A DNA stretch of 62,718 nucleotides, counting the filler, from Choristocarpus tenellus KU-1152 (lineage: Eukaryota; Protista; Phaeophyceae), in NCBI GenBank assembly GCA_964200185.2. It is 9 parts of 9 records of this genome, joined end to end, with 100 filler letters (N's around TTAATTAATTAA, not from the genome) between each part and the next. Parts side by side here need not be neighbours in the genome. Positions count along the whole stretch, not along the records: positions 9,196 to 14,219 come from CAXNAD020012130.1; positions 14,320 to 21,352 come from CAXNAD020006814.1; positions 21,453 to 25,363 come from CAXNAD020017198.1; 6 more parts are not named here. One strand, 5' to 3'. The translations under genes and the position numbers were made by a program. Position 1 is the stretch's first letter, and the number at the start of each line of letters is the position of its first letter. Under the pieces are notes generated by a model. The model was given only the letters and a program-made list of their open reading frames with translations, searched no databases and was not told where the DNA came from. Of this stretch, positions 12,121 through 24,455 are shown piece by piece.

Positions 12121-13015
12121 ACACTTGCTAACTCCACCATGATCCACTGCCCTGATAACCTTAGATCCCATCCTGTGTTGTGCGGTAGCCTAGTTTTGGG
12201 GATTTTTTCAAGGAATCAGTCAAGGAGGTGATATATTAGAACTCTTGGTGTGTAAACAGAAGATAGGTTGGAAGGCCTTTACCCCAAGGTGCATTTTTTG
12301 TGTGTTTGAGTCACCGTTGTACTTCACTTAGCACGTTCAGGTACTGCATTTTGGTAAGATAATATTCACACCACCGACCAAGCTATCATCGTGTGGTTGC
12401 TTTATGTGTGCACACCTGTTTCGAACCCAGCATAGCATGTAAGGCACCCCTTGGTAGTGTATTGCATTGGATTTGATCCTCAATGACGCAGGCAGAAGAT
12501 AGTAATCTAAGATTGAAGACCGAATTACTTCAGATGTTTGGTTTTGTCAGCACTATGTGCAACATTTCCAAGATATTTCCAAGCGATAGCTTTCTCTAAG
12601 GTGAGGGTCCATTGCAAAGTCAATGACCTGAAAGTTGCACGTATTCAAATGTCAATAGTCGTCTGAATACCGTTGAATATTTTGACGTAATTTTCTTACA
12701 GAATGATAATTGGCAAGTTGAACCGATCTTCTTGGTTATTTCTGCGCACACATCTGCTTCTTGTGGCGATTAGGACTTGGAGATTGAAATATGCTCGTTT
12801 TCTATCATACTGCATAGTACATTGCTGTACTGCAATTTAGTATACTTCGAAGTATTGCAACTGCACATTCGATTCCTCACATATAATGTGGATGTGGAAT
12901 GTGGAACGATGGATGCCACACGCTGCAAATATATTGTTGTTGATTGCAGCTCATTTAGAATATGCACTCACCAGCAAAACAAGAATCCCATTGCATAAGA
13001 TTATACAGCAGAATA

Positions 13016-13274
13016 GAGTGAAAGTATCTTAGAGGGTACAAGTTTTGCCCTGTTAGTCCATTTGGGGCTTGGCTTCCCAGTTTTTTTTAATGACATTTTA
13101 CCTAATCTGAAATGCTTCGGAGTAGGTAAAATGTACACGTTATGAAAAGGTATGTCCGGAACAAGGATATTGACACTTCCTAATAAACATGATAGCCAAA
13201 ATTATACCAAAATAGCAACATTGGACTTTGGCCCCCAAACTGACACAGCTCTACCCTCTAATATACTTCGACTT
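13016..13274 (+). mobile_element. MITE family B copy
   Basis: TIRs gagtgaaagtatcttagagggta / taccctctaatatacttcgact; body matches the other copies. Confidence 0.85.
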
Positions 13275-14553
13275 AACTACAAATAAATGGGGATACACCT
13301 TGTTGACACCTGAAATAGACTCAGCGCCAATGAAGTGTTGAGGATACTTGTTGATATCGATCTAGTAGATTATCGAGTAAGTAGTATGATTTGTGAAGAA
13401 TGTTCGTGAATGCCCCAAGCAAAAACTGAACTATTCACCGTGAGAGCAGCTTTCATTGAAGCGATGTCTCCCCATGTACATGGCAATCAGCCCGCTTAGG
13501 AGAAAAAGCAAATGCATTGCTCAATATATATATATATATATATATATGTACTGTTAAACAACGCAGTGGTTTGCAAAAACGAAACAACACGAGCACATAA
13601 AATATGTCCATACATTCCTGTCCTTTGACTGCTTGTGGATATGAGACGTGCTTGGCAGACTATCAGTACTGTCAATCACGCTGTGGTTATGTTCATTGGA
13701 ATTGGGCGATGTTACTTGTCAACCAACGCATCATTGAACATGTTGGGACAATTCCAACGGATATGCGTCATGTAGGGCCAACGTGACATCATTTTGGGAC
13801 AATTATGGTCCAAAATATCTACGGCTTTTCACCGGGCTGGGCAGTTAGCTTCTTCAATGTCGACCATGAGGCTGCAGGCCGGTCCGTGGCCTGGCCATGT
13901 TGAAACAGTCAATGGCCATGGACTCAGTCATGTTCGAACTTGGTTTTACATGGCTGGTAGTGGCCCCAGTCATGTTGAGTAGGTGATGGCCATGGAATTG
14001 TCCATGTTCGAACTTGGTTAGGCACAGCTGGACAGTCTGATAGATTATATTGAGTAAGCAATGGCCATGGACTCGGAACATTTTATCTATATGGCCGGTC
14101 AGGTAATATTTTAGTACACTTGGGGCGGCCACGTCATTGTCATGCCCCCTTTATATTTTACCACTGTTGAAAATTATATCCTAAATTTCAACTTCTACTG
14201 GGTCGAAGTATCTGGGGGGNNNNNNNNNNNNNNNNNNNNNNNNNNNNNNNNNNNNNNNNNNNNTTAATTAATTAANNNNNNNNNNNNNNNNNNNNNNNNN
14301 NNNNNNNNNNNNNNNNNNNATAGCAACAAAAGTGACCTGAATAATGGTCGATTTTTTTTTTTTTTTTTTGTTTTGTTGTCTGAGTTGCTAAGGATTGGTC
14401 AGAACAAGACAGTTTCATATGAGTTAAAAGTTAGAAAAATAAATAAATATATATATATATATATATATTTTTGGTGCCAAAGATGAAGTCGTTGCGCGCT
14501 TGAGAGGAACGAAAACCCGAACCCGTGCGTCTCGGGTCGTATTTGTTTTTCAG

Positions 14554-17098
14554 GCGAAGTATGAACAAGCGGGCAACCGGGTCAACAAACTGCTCAAGCC
14601 GTTGGGATTAGCGCTTCCAGGGGTGAAAGAAGATGTTCGAGTCCTCACTGGGCAAAAATCGTCGGGCGCACTGCCTCCTCCTCCTCCTTCGAGGCGCATG
14701 GCGTTGCCGTCGCAATACCAGACTGAAGTATTTGAGGGCGTTGAGGGCATTGAGGGCGGTGCTGCGGGAGTTCAGAAGGCGGAAGTAACCAAGGCTGTTG
14801 ACAGTGTGGTGGTTGTAACGGAATCAGGAGAGGATGATACTGGGAGTGAGGGCGTAGAGGGGAGTGCTCGACAAGGACCGGGCCGCTTCCTCTCAGGGGC
14901 GTTCGGTTTGCTAGCTGGCCTTGGTTCAAGCAGCACTTCTAGCACCAACTCCGAGGAAAGTAGCAGAATTGAGGATGCTGAGGAACTTGGTGACGACCCC
15001 TCAAATCTTGCTCGGGCCCTGGCTGCACGCCCCGGGTCACTGCTTAAGGAACTGATGAATAGCCTGCGGATAATGACTGAGGAGATTCAGATGCAGGAGG
15101 AGCGGTCCAGTGCCGCTGTGGAGGTTTTGTCATCGATCAGACCTGTGATGGGAGTACTGCTTTCGACCGTGTCGAAGGAGGGGCGTCTGGTGGATGATCT
15201 TCAAGAGATGTCTGGCAAGTTGAAGGAAACAGCCATAAATGCGGAGTTCAAGGAGGCTGCCAGTGCAGTCGCCGAGCGGCTCGTTGGATTAGAGACGGTT
15301 ATCGCACAAATTGGAGCGCTGGAGGAGGCGATGCTGGCTTACAGCAACTTTGCGTTGGAAAGGTACGGTGATCGCAAGGGAATACTGTTGACAGTGCTGT
15401 GAGTTGTAGTAGTGGTGTGCTGCGTTACGGGGGGGATTTGGTCGGCACCTGCACCGAACATGTGGTGAAGTCGATGTTGCAGAAGGAGCTCAGGTCTTCT
15501 CAACCAGCGATATCAGAGGTAGTATGTGTGGGAAGTAACTACTTGGGTATATTTTGAATGTTTCATGCGGGGAGAGGTGAGAAAAACGCTTTGGACTTAA
15601 CTGTTTGAACTGTGTAGATGCTCTCAGACTGGTACGTTCACAGTGGGAGAGTAGTGTTCCCCCCACATGTCTGTTCTTCGTGTACGGCACTTCACCTTCA
15701 TCGAAGCAAGTGCAATGGTAGACTACATGCCTTCATGATGAATGGCGTGTTGTGAAATGTCTCTCAGTCTTGGAGAGCAAACTTCTATGAGAACCCCAAA
15801 AATATTTTTTTGAGTGTGGATCTGCACGCTGCCTTGCAGGCTCCCCCCGCCCATTTTCCTGTTCTGAGTCCTCACAATTTCGCTCATCGATGTCCCAAAC
15901 CTTTGCCCAATTTTTTTTTCCATTGCTTGTATTGCTTCACAATAATATACTCTTCTTGGTGCCCAGGAGTAAACGACTTGTGTATCTCAGGACAAAGTTG
16001 ACGGACACAGAGGCTCTCTCAGATGTAGCAACACAGTTGACAGGTAAAGCTGAGGAGCATCTTGCCTCCAGAGCACTACGATTGTGGCATGCTCTGGACT
16101 TGGAGAGAGCTGCTCATTCTCCAGCTGCAAAAGTAGTGGGGGAGTTGGTCTCCATTGTTACAGGGAGCATCCAAACACGCCCAAGAGATGGAGAGCTTGA
16201 CCCTACTGAGTCGTCACTCTTGACTGCGGCTCAGACCTGGATGGCGTGTTCACCGATGGAGGCATCTGAGCCCGAGAGCATCATGGGCCTCATAAAGAAG
16301 GAGCTCTTGGATTGGAGGGAGTCCACGGCAGCAAGGTCAAAAGCAACTGAAAGGCCATCGGCTTTGGTGGATGAGATAGCTGCACCAGCAGCAGCATTAC
16401 AAGAGGCCGCTGAGGAAGAGGTACGGACTGGAACATTCAAGTTGGAAGTGATAACTTCGAGGACTGAAAATGAACTAGGGACAAAGCAGAAGGCAATGCC
16501 GGAGGATGGGGAGAGTGGACAGAAGGAGGTGTCAGTCGATGATGAAAATGTTTCGAAAGTGCCGAAGACTGTCACAGTGATGTGGGAGAGGAAGGCCGAT
16601 TCTCAATTGAGGGATGCTGGGGTTGTGGACGAAACAGCGCCCCCTGAATCAAGTCATAGTGAAGACTACAGCCGAGTTAGAAGCCCTGTGGTGCTTGATG
16701 CAGCGGTAGTAGTTGACCCTGGTGACAGTTGGGTAGATAATCATGCAGAGGGGTATGCAGAGACTACTGCTGAGTGGATCCCTGAGGGAAAGGAAGGGCT
16801 GTCAGAGGCTATTGCTGTCCAGGTTGTAAGTGAGGGGGAGGAAGGAGTGTTTGATATTAAGGGTGAGGTAGAAGATGATGGTGAAGAGCTCAACAAAGTT
16901 GCACTGAAGGCGCTTGATATTGTTGCCCTTCTTTTAGAGAAAATACTTTTTGTGGGTTTGCCGGCGCTATTTTCGGGGGGGGCCTTGGCATGGGAACGTG
17001 TTGACAACGCAATTAATGGGGCAAAGGGTAGGAAGGGCTGGCGATTGTTGAATTGTATCAAGAAGGACAGATTAGCAGGGGATGACATAGAAGTGTGA
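14554..17098 (+). CDS. Unknown acidic/coiled-coil protein with a C-terminal hydrophobic segment, 3' part; exons 14554-15362 and 15991-17098
   Basis: Two long ORFs are joined by a phase-2 GT..AG intron (gaaag|gtacgg ... tctcag|gacaaag). Ends LDIVALLLEKILFVGLPALFSGGALAWERVDNAINGAKGRKGWRLL... Confidence 0.8.
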
Positions 17099-17173
17099 AG
17101 GATTATATAGTGAAGCTATAACTGTACTTGATGAATCTGACCCTGTGGTTCATAATCACACAGGGAATGGAAG

Positions 17174-18518
17174 TTATAATTCTGTCAGGGATGTCGTTGG
17201 GGTTGGTGCCGTACTAGCAATCGACTCTTCGAGACGAGCACTTTTGCCTTGGTGGTTTCTACGATAATACACTGAAAATGCTACAGCAATCAACACTATG
17301 CACATCCTGATAATGAAGCGCATGCTCAAGCCTCGAGTTCTTGGTGGCACAGATGTATTGCTAGCAGCTTCCCCATCAGTCGCAGGATGCCCTATTGAAG
17401 AGTCTCTAACAGATGGCACAAAAGAGGAAGGCTTCATTTCTTCCTCACTTGCCACCTCCTGGTCCTGCGGAACTTCACGATCCTTTGACCTCCTATCATT
17501 GCCGGAAGAGAACATACTTTCACCCATCTTTTTCTGCAATGTCTCGCTCTTCTGGCGGTAGTCCTTGATCCGAGCCGCTAGGTTCCGCATCTCAGCCTTA
17601 ATTTCAACCGACTTCGGCTCAATTTCTAAGGCTTTCTGGAGTGCAAGTTTGGCCTCCACGAAGTTCCCCTGCATGTTCGAGATCTGGCCTGCACGGTAGA
17701 GAGCCTTGATATTGTCGGGCTCCAGTTCTAGAACGGACAAAATGGAATCTTTGGCTTTCTCCAATTCGCCGAGTCGCAAAAATGCTATTGCCACATTATT
17801 TCCACAGTTGGTCTGCAACTTCCTGGTCTCCAAATACTGGTTTGAACCTTCAGTAAAGCCACTTCTAGAAATGGCAGTAAGCGCGGATGTATACGAGCGC
17901 AACGCCTTCTTGTAAGCTTTACATCGGAAGTGCTCATTCCCAATGTCCTTTTTGAACTTACAGTCCGCCAGATTCTCCTCTGGGGTCATATCCTCAGGCG
18001 CAGTGGAGGACACCACTCGGGAAAGCTTGACATCAAGCTCCAAGTCGGCATTTGGCGGCACATCTCGGTCTTCACTTTCAAGAGCTGGGCACCCCTCTGG
18101 TCCAAAAGAGAATCTCGATTGACTACGTACAAGACATCTCTGCCCTTCACGCATATGTCGAAGGGCAAGCTCCAGCCCTGCATCCGTCGCAGTGACAGTA
18201 TTGGGTGCGATTAGAGGATGAGCATGTTACTCTGTTTCGACGTAAACCTTGCATCTCGACTTTAGAAAAACAGTCATCGTTCCCGGAGATTTTTCGCCAT
18301 GGCTCACCCGGGATAACGTCTCCATCCCCTATTCTGGTCATGGCACCAGTTCTGGTCCGACAAGTATCTCCAACCTCTCCATCGACCAGGACCTTCAACG
18401 TATAGTCGAACGAAACCAGGTGTGCTAACTCAGGGGTAACACCATTCCCATCGGTTAAGGCCTTCATCATGACACCCTCCCCAAGGATTTCATCCCATTC
18501 ATCCCCTTCCTTCACCAT
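17174..18518 (-). CDS. FKBP-type PPIase-like domain + TPR + C-terminal transmembrane anchor (FKBP8/FKBP38-like immunophilin); exons 18518-18308 and 18177-17174
   Basis: FKBP motifs IGDGDVIPG/LELALRHMREGQRC..VPPNADLELDVKL; TPR motifs KDIGNEHF, NNVAIAFLRLG and LEPDNIKALYRAG; C-terminal FIIRMCIVLIAVAFSVYY; phase-1 GT-AG intron. Confidence 0.9.
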
Positions 18519-18726
18519 CCTTTAGTCCTCTACTACTGTTCGACACTATCGGCACTCACTGTTTGTAGAAGTATAGGCATTATCTTCGAAGGCGTCTTAG
18601 AGGATGCGAAGTTCACATGATATCATATATCCCAACTCCCACAAGCAGCAATGATTTAGAGAGAAACACAGGGGAAAATATCATCAGCACGGAAACGCTA
18701 GATGTGGAGGGGTGCTTTCCACTATC

Positions 18727-20786
18727 ATGGAGGAGGAAGGGGTAGAATCTTCTATGCCTCTCGCTGATGACCCTCTTTTGGATTGGATAAGGTATTTGAA
18801 TTGTGATATTTCCATCAACTGACAACACTATAGTAGAGATATTAATAGTCCCCATACCCATCGATCTATGACCTCCTTTTCTCCGACCATTAATCTCACA
18901 GACGGGTTAACAAGGCGAAGTGTCTCCCGGTATCTGACCTGAAGGCTCTCCTGGCGGATTGTACCACGCGGTTCCAGAACGATGAGCGTTATCGCAACGA
19001 CGAGCGTTATCTGAAGCTGTGGATGTCCTACGTACGTTTGCGGCTTGAAGTTCTCTGTTACATTATTATGGTGTGTTCACGGGTTAATATTTATTGCATG
19101 GTGTCAAATACGTTTCGAATTGCCCTACTGCCTTCCTCCTATTGTTGTGTGCCAATCCGTTGTCTTTTGGCCAGGCGGATCTCACCGATGACCCCGGTAA
19201 GGTATTTCTACTATTGCAGTGCCGTCGAATTGGAACCCGTCTTGCATTGTTCTGGGCAGCTTGGTCGTACGTTGTCGAGATGGCTGACGACTATAGCGGG
19301 GCTGCTAGACTTCTGGCCAAGGGCCAGGCTAGGTGAGTAAAGTTGTTGATGTAGGTAACGATAGTATTGAAACTGGTCTGGAGATTGAGGGTCTCTCCCC
19401 TCCCCCGTACTCATTTCGAGCTGTACCAACCTGAAAGAAAAAAGCACGTGCAACATAGTTTACTGATATGAAGCACCTTGAGAGCATTTCTACTTGCTGT
19501 CCGACCCGTATCTTCAGGTGCGCGCTACCAACATCTCTCCTTGAGGAGTGTCGCTCTGCCTTTGATCAACGTATGGATGATAGGATGCGCCTGGCCGCCG
19601 CCCTGATTAGGGATGGGGATGCTAACGTCAAGAGCAGCCAAGTCGAACCCATGAGCATAGAGGAGCATCGTGAGCTATCTCATGAGCAACATATGATGGA
19701 AGATGATGGACTGAGGGTGGGATGCGGGCCCTCTGGTACAGAATGCACAGGGCAGTCTCCATCTGCATCAGACCCATGCGAAAGAATTCAACATCCTCAA
19801 AGGAAAGGAGTAGAAGCTTGTGGAACTACCGAAGCCGAGTGGTCACTCCAGGACACAGCAGTTTTTGATTGCCCCACAAGCTCCCAGGAATCGTCCAGCC
19901 CTGAGCCATCGTCATCAGAATGCGAGGAGCCTGGAGATCAGTCATTGCGCATGTGTGACGCAAACAGTCAGGTGGGGGCGCTTTGTGAGGAGGATGTTGT
20001 TGAAGGGAAGGGTGTGCAGGTGTGTAGACGCCAGTCCCAGCACTTCAATAGTGGTCGAGGGGACGACACTCCCAATGCCCCTGTCCCAGACTCCCCGCTC
20101 TCACCTGGCTTCACAAGTGATGAGACGCGGACTGTGGATGGTATTGTACTTGTGCACGCCCCCTTTTCCAAGGAAAACCGTGCATCCATGACGACAGGAC
20201 GGGTGGAGTACCAGCAATGGATATCCACGAGCAGGCTTATTCAGGACCTGAGGTATGAGCGGTCGTGAGACAAGAATGAACACTTCTCGTACCTCAAAAT
20301 GCCAACCCACCCTCTGCTTCAGATAACTTGTACATCTTGCTCTCAGTAAATTTCCTGGAGGCTGGGGTGTGTGTGTGTGTGTGTGTGTGTGAATTTCCTG
20401 GCTCTTTTGACCTGTTAGAGAGGAGTATTTCGCCCCTTAGTGAGGTTGAGGCTGGGTTAGGGTTAGGGTTAGGGTTAGGGTTAGGGTTAGCTTGTTACCC
20501 GGAAGAGGCATCTGTACACTGTACACGCGTGTGTCGAGGCGCTGTTTACTAGACAGACTTCACTATCTTATCTATTCTCAACAGGGACGAGTCTCTCGGA
20601 AAGAAATGGCCCCGAAAAATGATGAGGCGGGGGCCGGGGGCTGGTCACGGTGGGGTCATGGTACGGCAGCTGGGTAGTCAAAGGGTGAACGTGTCCGGCA
20701 TCCTTGGAGAGGGGGCGTTTGCTGTTGTGTACGCCTGCAGGCTATTGGGAAATGGAAAAGAAATTGCAGTGAAGATTGAACGCCCG
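18727..20786 (+). CDS. BUB1: Spindle checkpoint kinase BUB1/MAD3 family, 5' part; exons 18727-18791, 18902-19031, 19175-19332, 19518-20252, 20585-20786
   Basis: Mad3/BUB1 TPR motifs DDPLLDW, YRNDERYLKLWMSYAD and IGTRLALFWAAWS; then the kinase start LGEGAFAVVY..AVKIERP. All junctions are GT-AG with consistent phases. Confidence 0.88.
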
Positions 20787-21002
20787 GTGAGGAATGTCCA
20801 GGTTGATCTAGATCCCCTCTCCCTCCCTGTATGCTTTGATGGTGTTTGTTTGTTTGTTGGTTGTTCAGGCTCAGTAATAGCGTTGACGAGGGGTTGTGAT
20901 GTTGTTGTTGGACTACTACTAATTGTTAGGGTTAGGGTTTAGGGCTAGGGCTCGGGTTCGGGTAGTTTTTACTTTGAGTTAGGGTTAGGGTTAGGGTTAG
21001 GG
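20454..21002 (+). repeat. Interstitial telomere-like (TTAGGG)n tracts in BUB1 introns (20454-20490 and 20925-21002)
   Basis: Read directly. Similar tracts lie at 4228-4244, 21787-21814, 26905-26947 and 27083-27100. Confidence 0.9.
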
Positions 21003-21180
21003 TGCCCTCTTGTGTCTTTTGTTTCTGGATGCGGGTAGAAAATGTGTGCTTCAAGAAATTTCGTGTTAGTATTGAGAGGAGGGGGGTGCTTAGCACTTGG
21101 ACTGTGGGATTTCGGGGTTAGGGGTGAAGAAGTTGTTACTTTTTCAGTCTCTACAGAATGTGATGAGGTGCCATAGTGGC

Positions 21181-21210
21181 AGAGTAGTAGTAGAAGTAGA
21201 AGTAGAAGTC

Positions 21211-21241
<31 letters not shown>

Positions 21242-21265
21242 AAGTAGAAGTAGTAGTAGAAGTAA

Positions 21266-21301
<36 letters not shown>

Positions 21302-21352
21302 AAGTAGTAGTAGTGGTAGTAGTAGTAGTAATAGTAATAGTAGTAGTAGTAG
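21181..21352. repeat. (GTA)n microsatellite at a contig end
   Basis: Read directly. Confidence 0.95.
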
Positions 21353-21817
21353 NNNNNNNNNNNNNNNNNNNNNNNNNNNNNNNNNNNNNNNNNNNNTTAA
21401 TTAATTAANNNNNNNNNNNNNNNNNNNNNNNNNNNNNNNNNNNNNNNNNNNNCCTCCCCCCAGATACTCTGACCCAACTTGAGGTACCTCTGGAAGAGGT
21501 GTGTTAAAAGGGAGAAAGATAGAAGAAAAAACAATTGTGATTTACACAACTCCACATAAAATAAAATAAAATTACTTCTTCCGGAACAAAACAACCAACC
21601 GGAACACCAAGTTTTAGCGAAACCTTTTTTAAACTATGTGCTTATGTCAACAAAGAACCTTAAGATCAATCCCGACACCTCGAGCCATTTGCAAAAACCG
21701 ATCTCAGAATGTTCCGCACGTGCAAAGCTTCTTTCATATCATACATATATTTTGACATTGTAGCGAATTTAGATGCTCTGATCTATTTAGGGTTAGGGTT
21801 AGGGTTAGGGTTAGTAC

Positions 21818-23082
21818 CTTTGGTAGCAGCAGTGAAGACCTCTGCACCATACTCATCAGTGTTGAGAATGGCGTACCTAATCATACGGCCAAAGTTACCC
21901 CCTACATCCTCAGTCACCACCCTAGCAAGGCTGCTCTCATACTGTCGGAGCCAGGCAATGCAAATTTGAACAGGTTGACAGCAAAATATCAGGGGCGGGA
22001 AGGAGGGGGGATGGTAACACTATCTCCACGTCATGGAAGCAAAACGTGACGCTGCTGCACAGTGCTTGCAGGTGCAAGGAAGTGTGTGTCTCAGATATAT
22101 GGGTAAGTCCATTCCAGGTATACATGTTGTAGCCATTGGATTCAACACACTACTACTCATACACACAAAGCACCATGATTGTCAAGTTAACTCCTACATC
22201 AGCCAAAGGTGTTGGTGAAATAGGGCAATAATATTTCTCCACTGAAAAGGTCGAGTCAATTAAACAAGTGTGCACCATTTTCCACCATCACTGGAAAAAT
22301 CGTATGTGGCGCTTTCCATCATTCTTAAACCTTCACAGCCATCCCCTAATACTCTGATCAAGATAATAGTCAAAAACAGCAGCACCTCAATAATTCAAAG
22401 CTCCCCCTGGCATGAATCGTATCTAAATAAGATGTAGACGATTGGTCAACTGTACGAGTACATACATCCCCTGCGCAGATTCAAAACTCCACACCAAGAA
22501 GCACAACTTCAAATCCTCCTTTCGATATTGTAAACAGTGGGTAATGCATACAGAGAGGTGGGTGCTCACAGTTTCATGATAAAGCATGTCAACTTGCTTC
22601 ATCTGCTTCTTCGTACGATTGCACAGGGCACCAATCAGAGCAGTATTATCTGTACCCAGTCCCTTCGTAGCCTTGTGGACGATCTCCACATCCCTCTTAG
22701 CCACGAAGAGCTGGAGGTGGGAAAGAGGGAAGGGTGGCGGTGGGGCATTGAGATGGATCGTTTGTCCCTGGAAAGGACAGTAAAGGCTGAGACTGCTGCA
22801 AAGTTGAAAACCTGTCCATTTATCTACCACGCCAATCGGAGGAACAAATTATTCATTCATGATAGGAGATATTTCTTATTCTGTGTTTTGTCGATCGCCT
22901 GTGACTCCAGTGGGAAGGGAAAACACCAGGTCTGAAGAACTAACTCGGTGGTAACATGCAGCAAAGGAACATTGGTTGCAACGCACTTTGAGGACATCGA
23001 TCTCATCCTTTATTGCAGCGACAATCTCGGAGATGTTCTCAGCCGCGTCCACATCTTCCGCGGTGAATTCCTGATTACCCAT
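21818..23082 (-). CDS. Annexin, 5' part; exons 23082-22987, 22710-22570, 21941-21818
   Basis: Annexin repeat DVEIVHKATKGLGTDNTALIGALCNRTKKQM..Y / YESSLARVVTEDVGGNFGRMIRYAIL..AEVFTAATKG; in-frame GT-AG junctions. Confidence 0.9.
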
Positions 23083-24279
23083 CTTCAAAGTCGACGTTGC
23101 TGCTAACGTTCAGTTTTCAACTCCTGCTCGGGAGACACAGACATTATTAGAAAAGAGGTTACGCAAACGGTAGATGCAATGAAAAACTGCTCGTGTACTA
23201 TGCCCAGTGTTCTGTCGCACTTTGAGAACGCTGATATTTTACAGCTGTAGGCATTGATGTTATACTAAAGCATAGACAAATTGATATTCATGCTTACAAA
23301 TATTGAAAAACTACGGAACAGGGTTGGGATCAGTAACGTGGAGGTTGTACTTCTCTATGGATGGAGAACCAACTAAGTCTTCCTGCTCTATTGTTTCTTT
23401 GTTCCATCAATTCATAGGGGAGCCACTCTTACAAACATGGCATAAACACTGCAGAATGGATGGATGAACCCAACTTACGTTGAGACCTGTGGAGGCACTC
23501 TGGTGTGGTGCTTCGGGATGTTCTGTTGTGTGTAATGCGAGGGAGGGCAGAGTTCCAGGGCCACACTTCTCAGTAGTTGTCCCACCATATTTTTTTTTGT
23601 TCACCAGTTATATTTTTATATTTCTTCTGAGAATCGAGTTGAAGTTACACTACATGTGACAGAATTTTCCTTGGAATCTGCTCACACCTTCGAATACTTG
23701 ATATTTTTCTACTTTCGCCAGTTTTTTCGTGAGGAACTCCTCCACAACGTCCAGTTACCCTACCAACCCTATCAACTCATACTGTGACGACAATGAATAA
23801 ACATTAGTAGTAATTTGTGTTTTACTGTTACTGTCTGTTCATGATATTTTATATTACATTGTGTTTTCCTACAAACACAATAAGTGGCATCTTCAACACA
23901 ACCCTGTATAAACCAAAATCAATGATCATATTAACTTACTTTTCAAAAAGTTCACTTTAAGAGACGAGTTTCACCATTACGCAATCACACCCCATCAAGA
24001 GCAAACAGCAGTTTTCAAAAAAAGTTTAATGTTAGTAGATAGTAGCGGTTCAATAAGTCGGTATTAAAAAAGACAGGTGTGCCATGTGAATTATCTTGTT
24101 CATGACTTCATATATATATATATTATTATACCCTCTCACATTTTTCAGGTGTGTCAGGGAAAAAGTCAACTCAGTATCTTATGAACCCCTGTAAACGCAG
24201 CATCATCGGCGAAAATGTGAAAGATATTTCTGTAATCTATTTACTATTTGACTACCACCTATACTACACCCCCCTCCTA

Positions 24280-24455
24280 TGCCCCCAACCTAGCTTAGCC
24301 CTACACCACAGGGCGAGGAGCTAGGGAAGTATCCAAAGAATCTGACAGGCCCCTCCTTGCCCATCTTCTTGGTGTCTCCAGCTTAAAAGGCATTGATTGA
24401 GTCACTTGTGTTGTGATAGACACTACTACCTGTCGTGAACGGGATTTGACAGGTC
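24280..24455 (+). repeat. Dispersed repeat family C (second copy at ~62540-62718)
   Basis: Both sites share gaggagctagg..gacaggcccctccttgcccatct..gtgtctc.agctt..tcacttgt..gtga.agacacta. Confidence 0.75.

Noticed and set aside
13774-14150. GGGC..GCCC-ended MITE with internal ggccatggactc..catgttcgaacttgg repeats
   Set aside because: The terminal match is weak, there is no clear TSD, and it is single-copy in this window.
20925-21002. True telomere or chromosome end
   Set aside because: The tracts are short, degenerate and embedded in introns with ordinary sequence on both sides.
21097-21408. Poly-valine ORF
   Set aside because: It is a (GTA)n microsatellite running into the linker.
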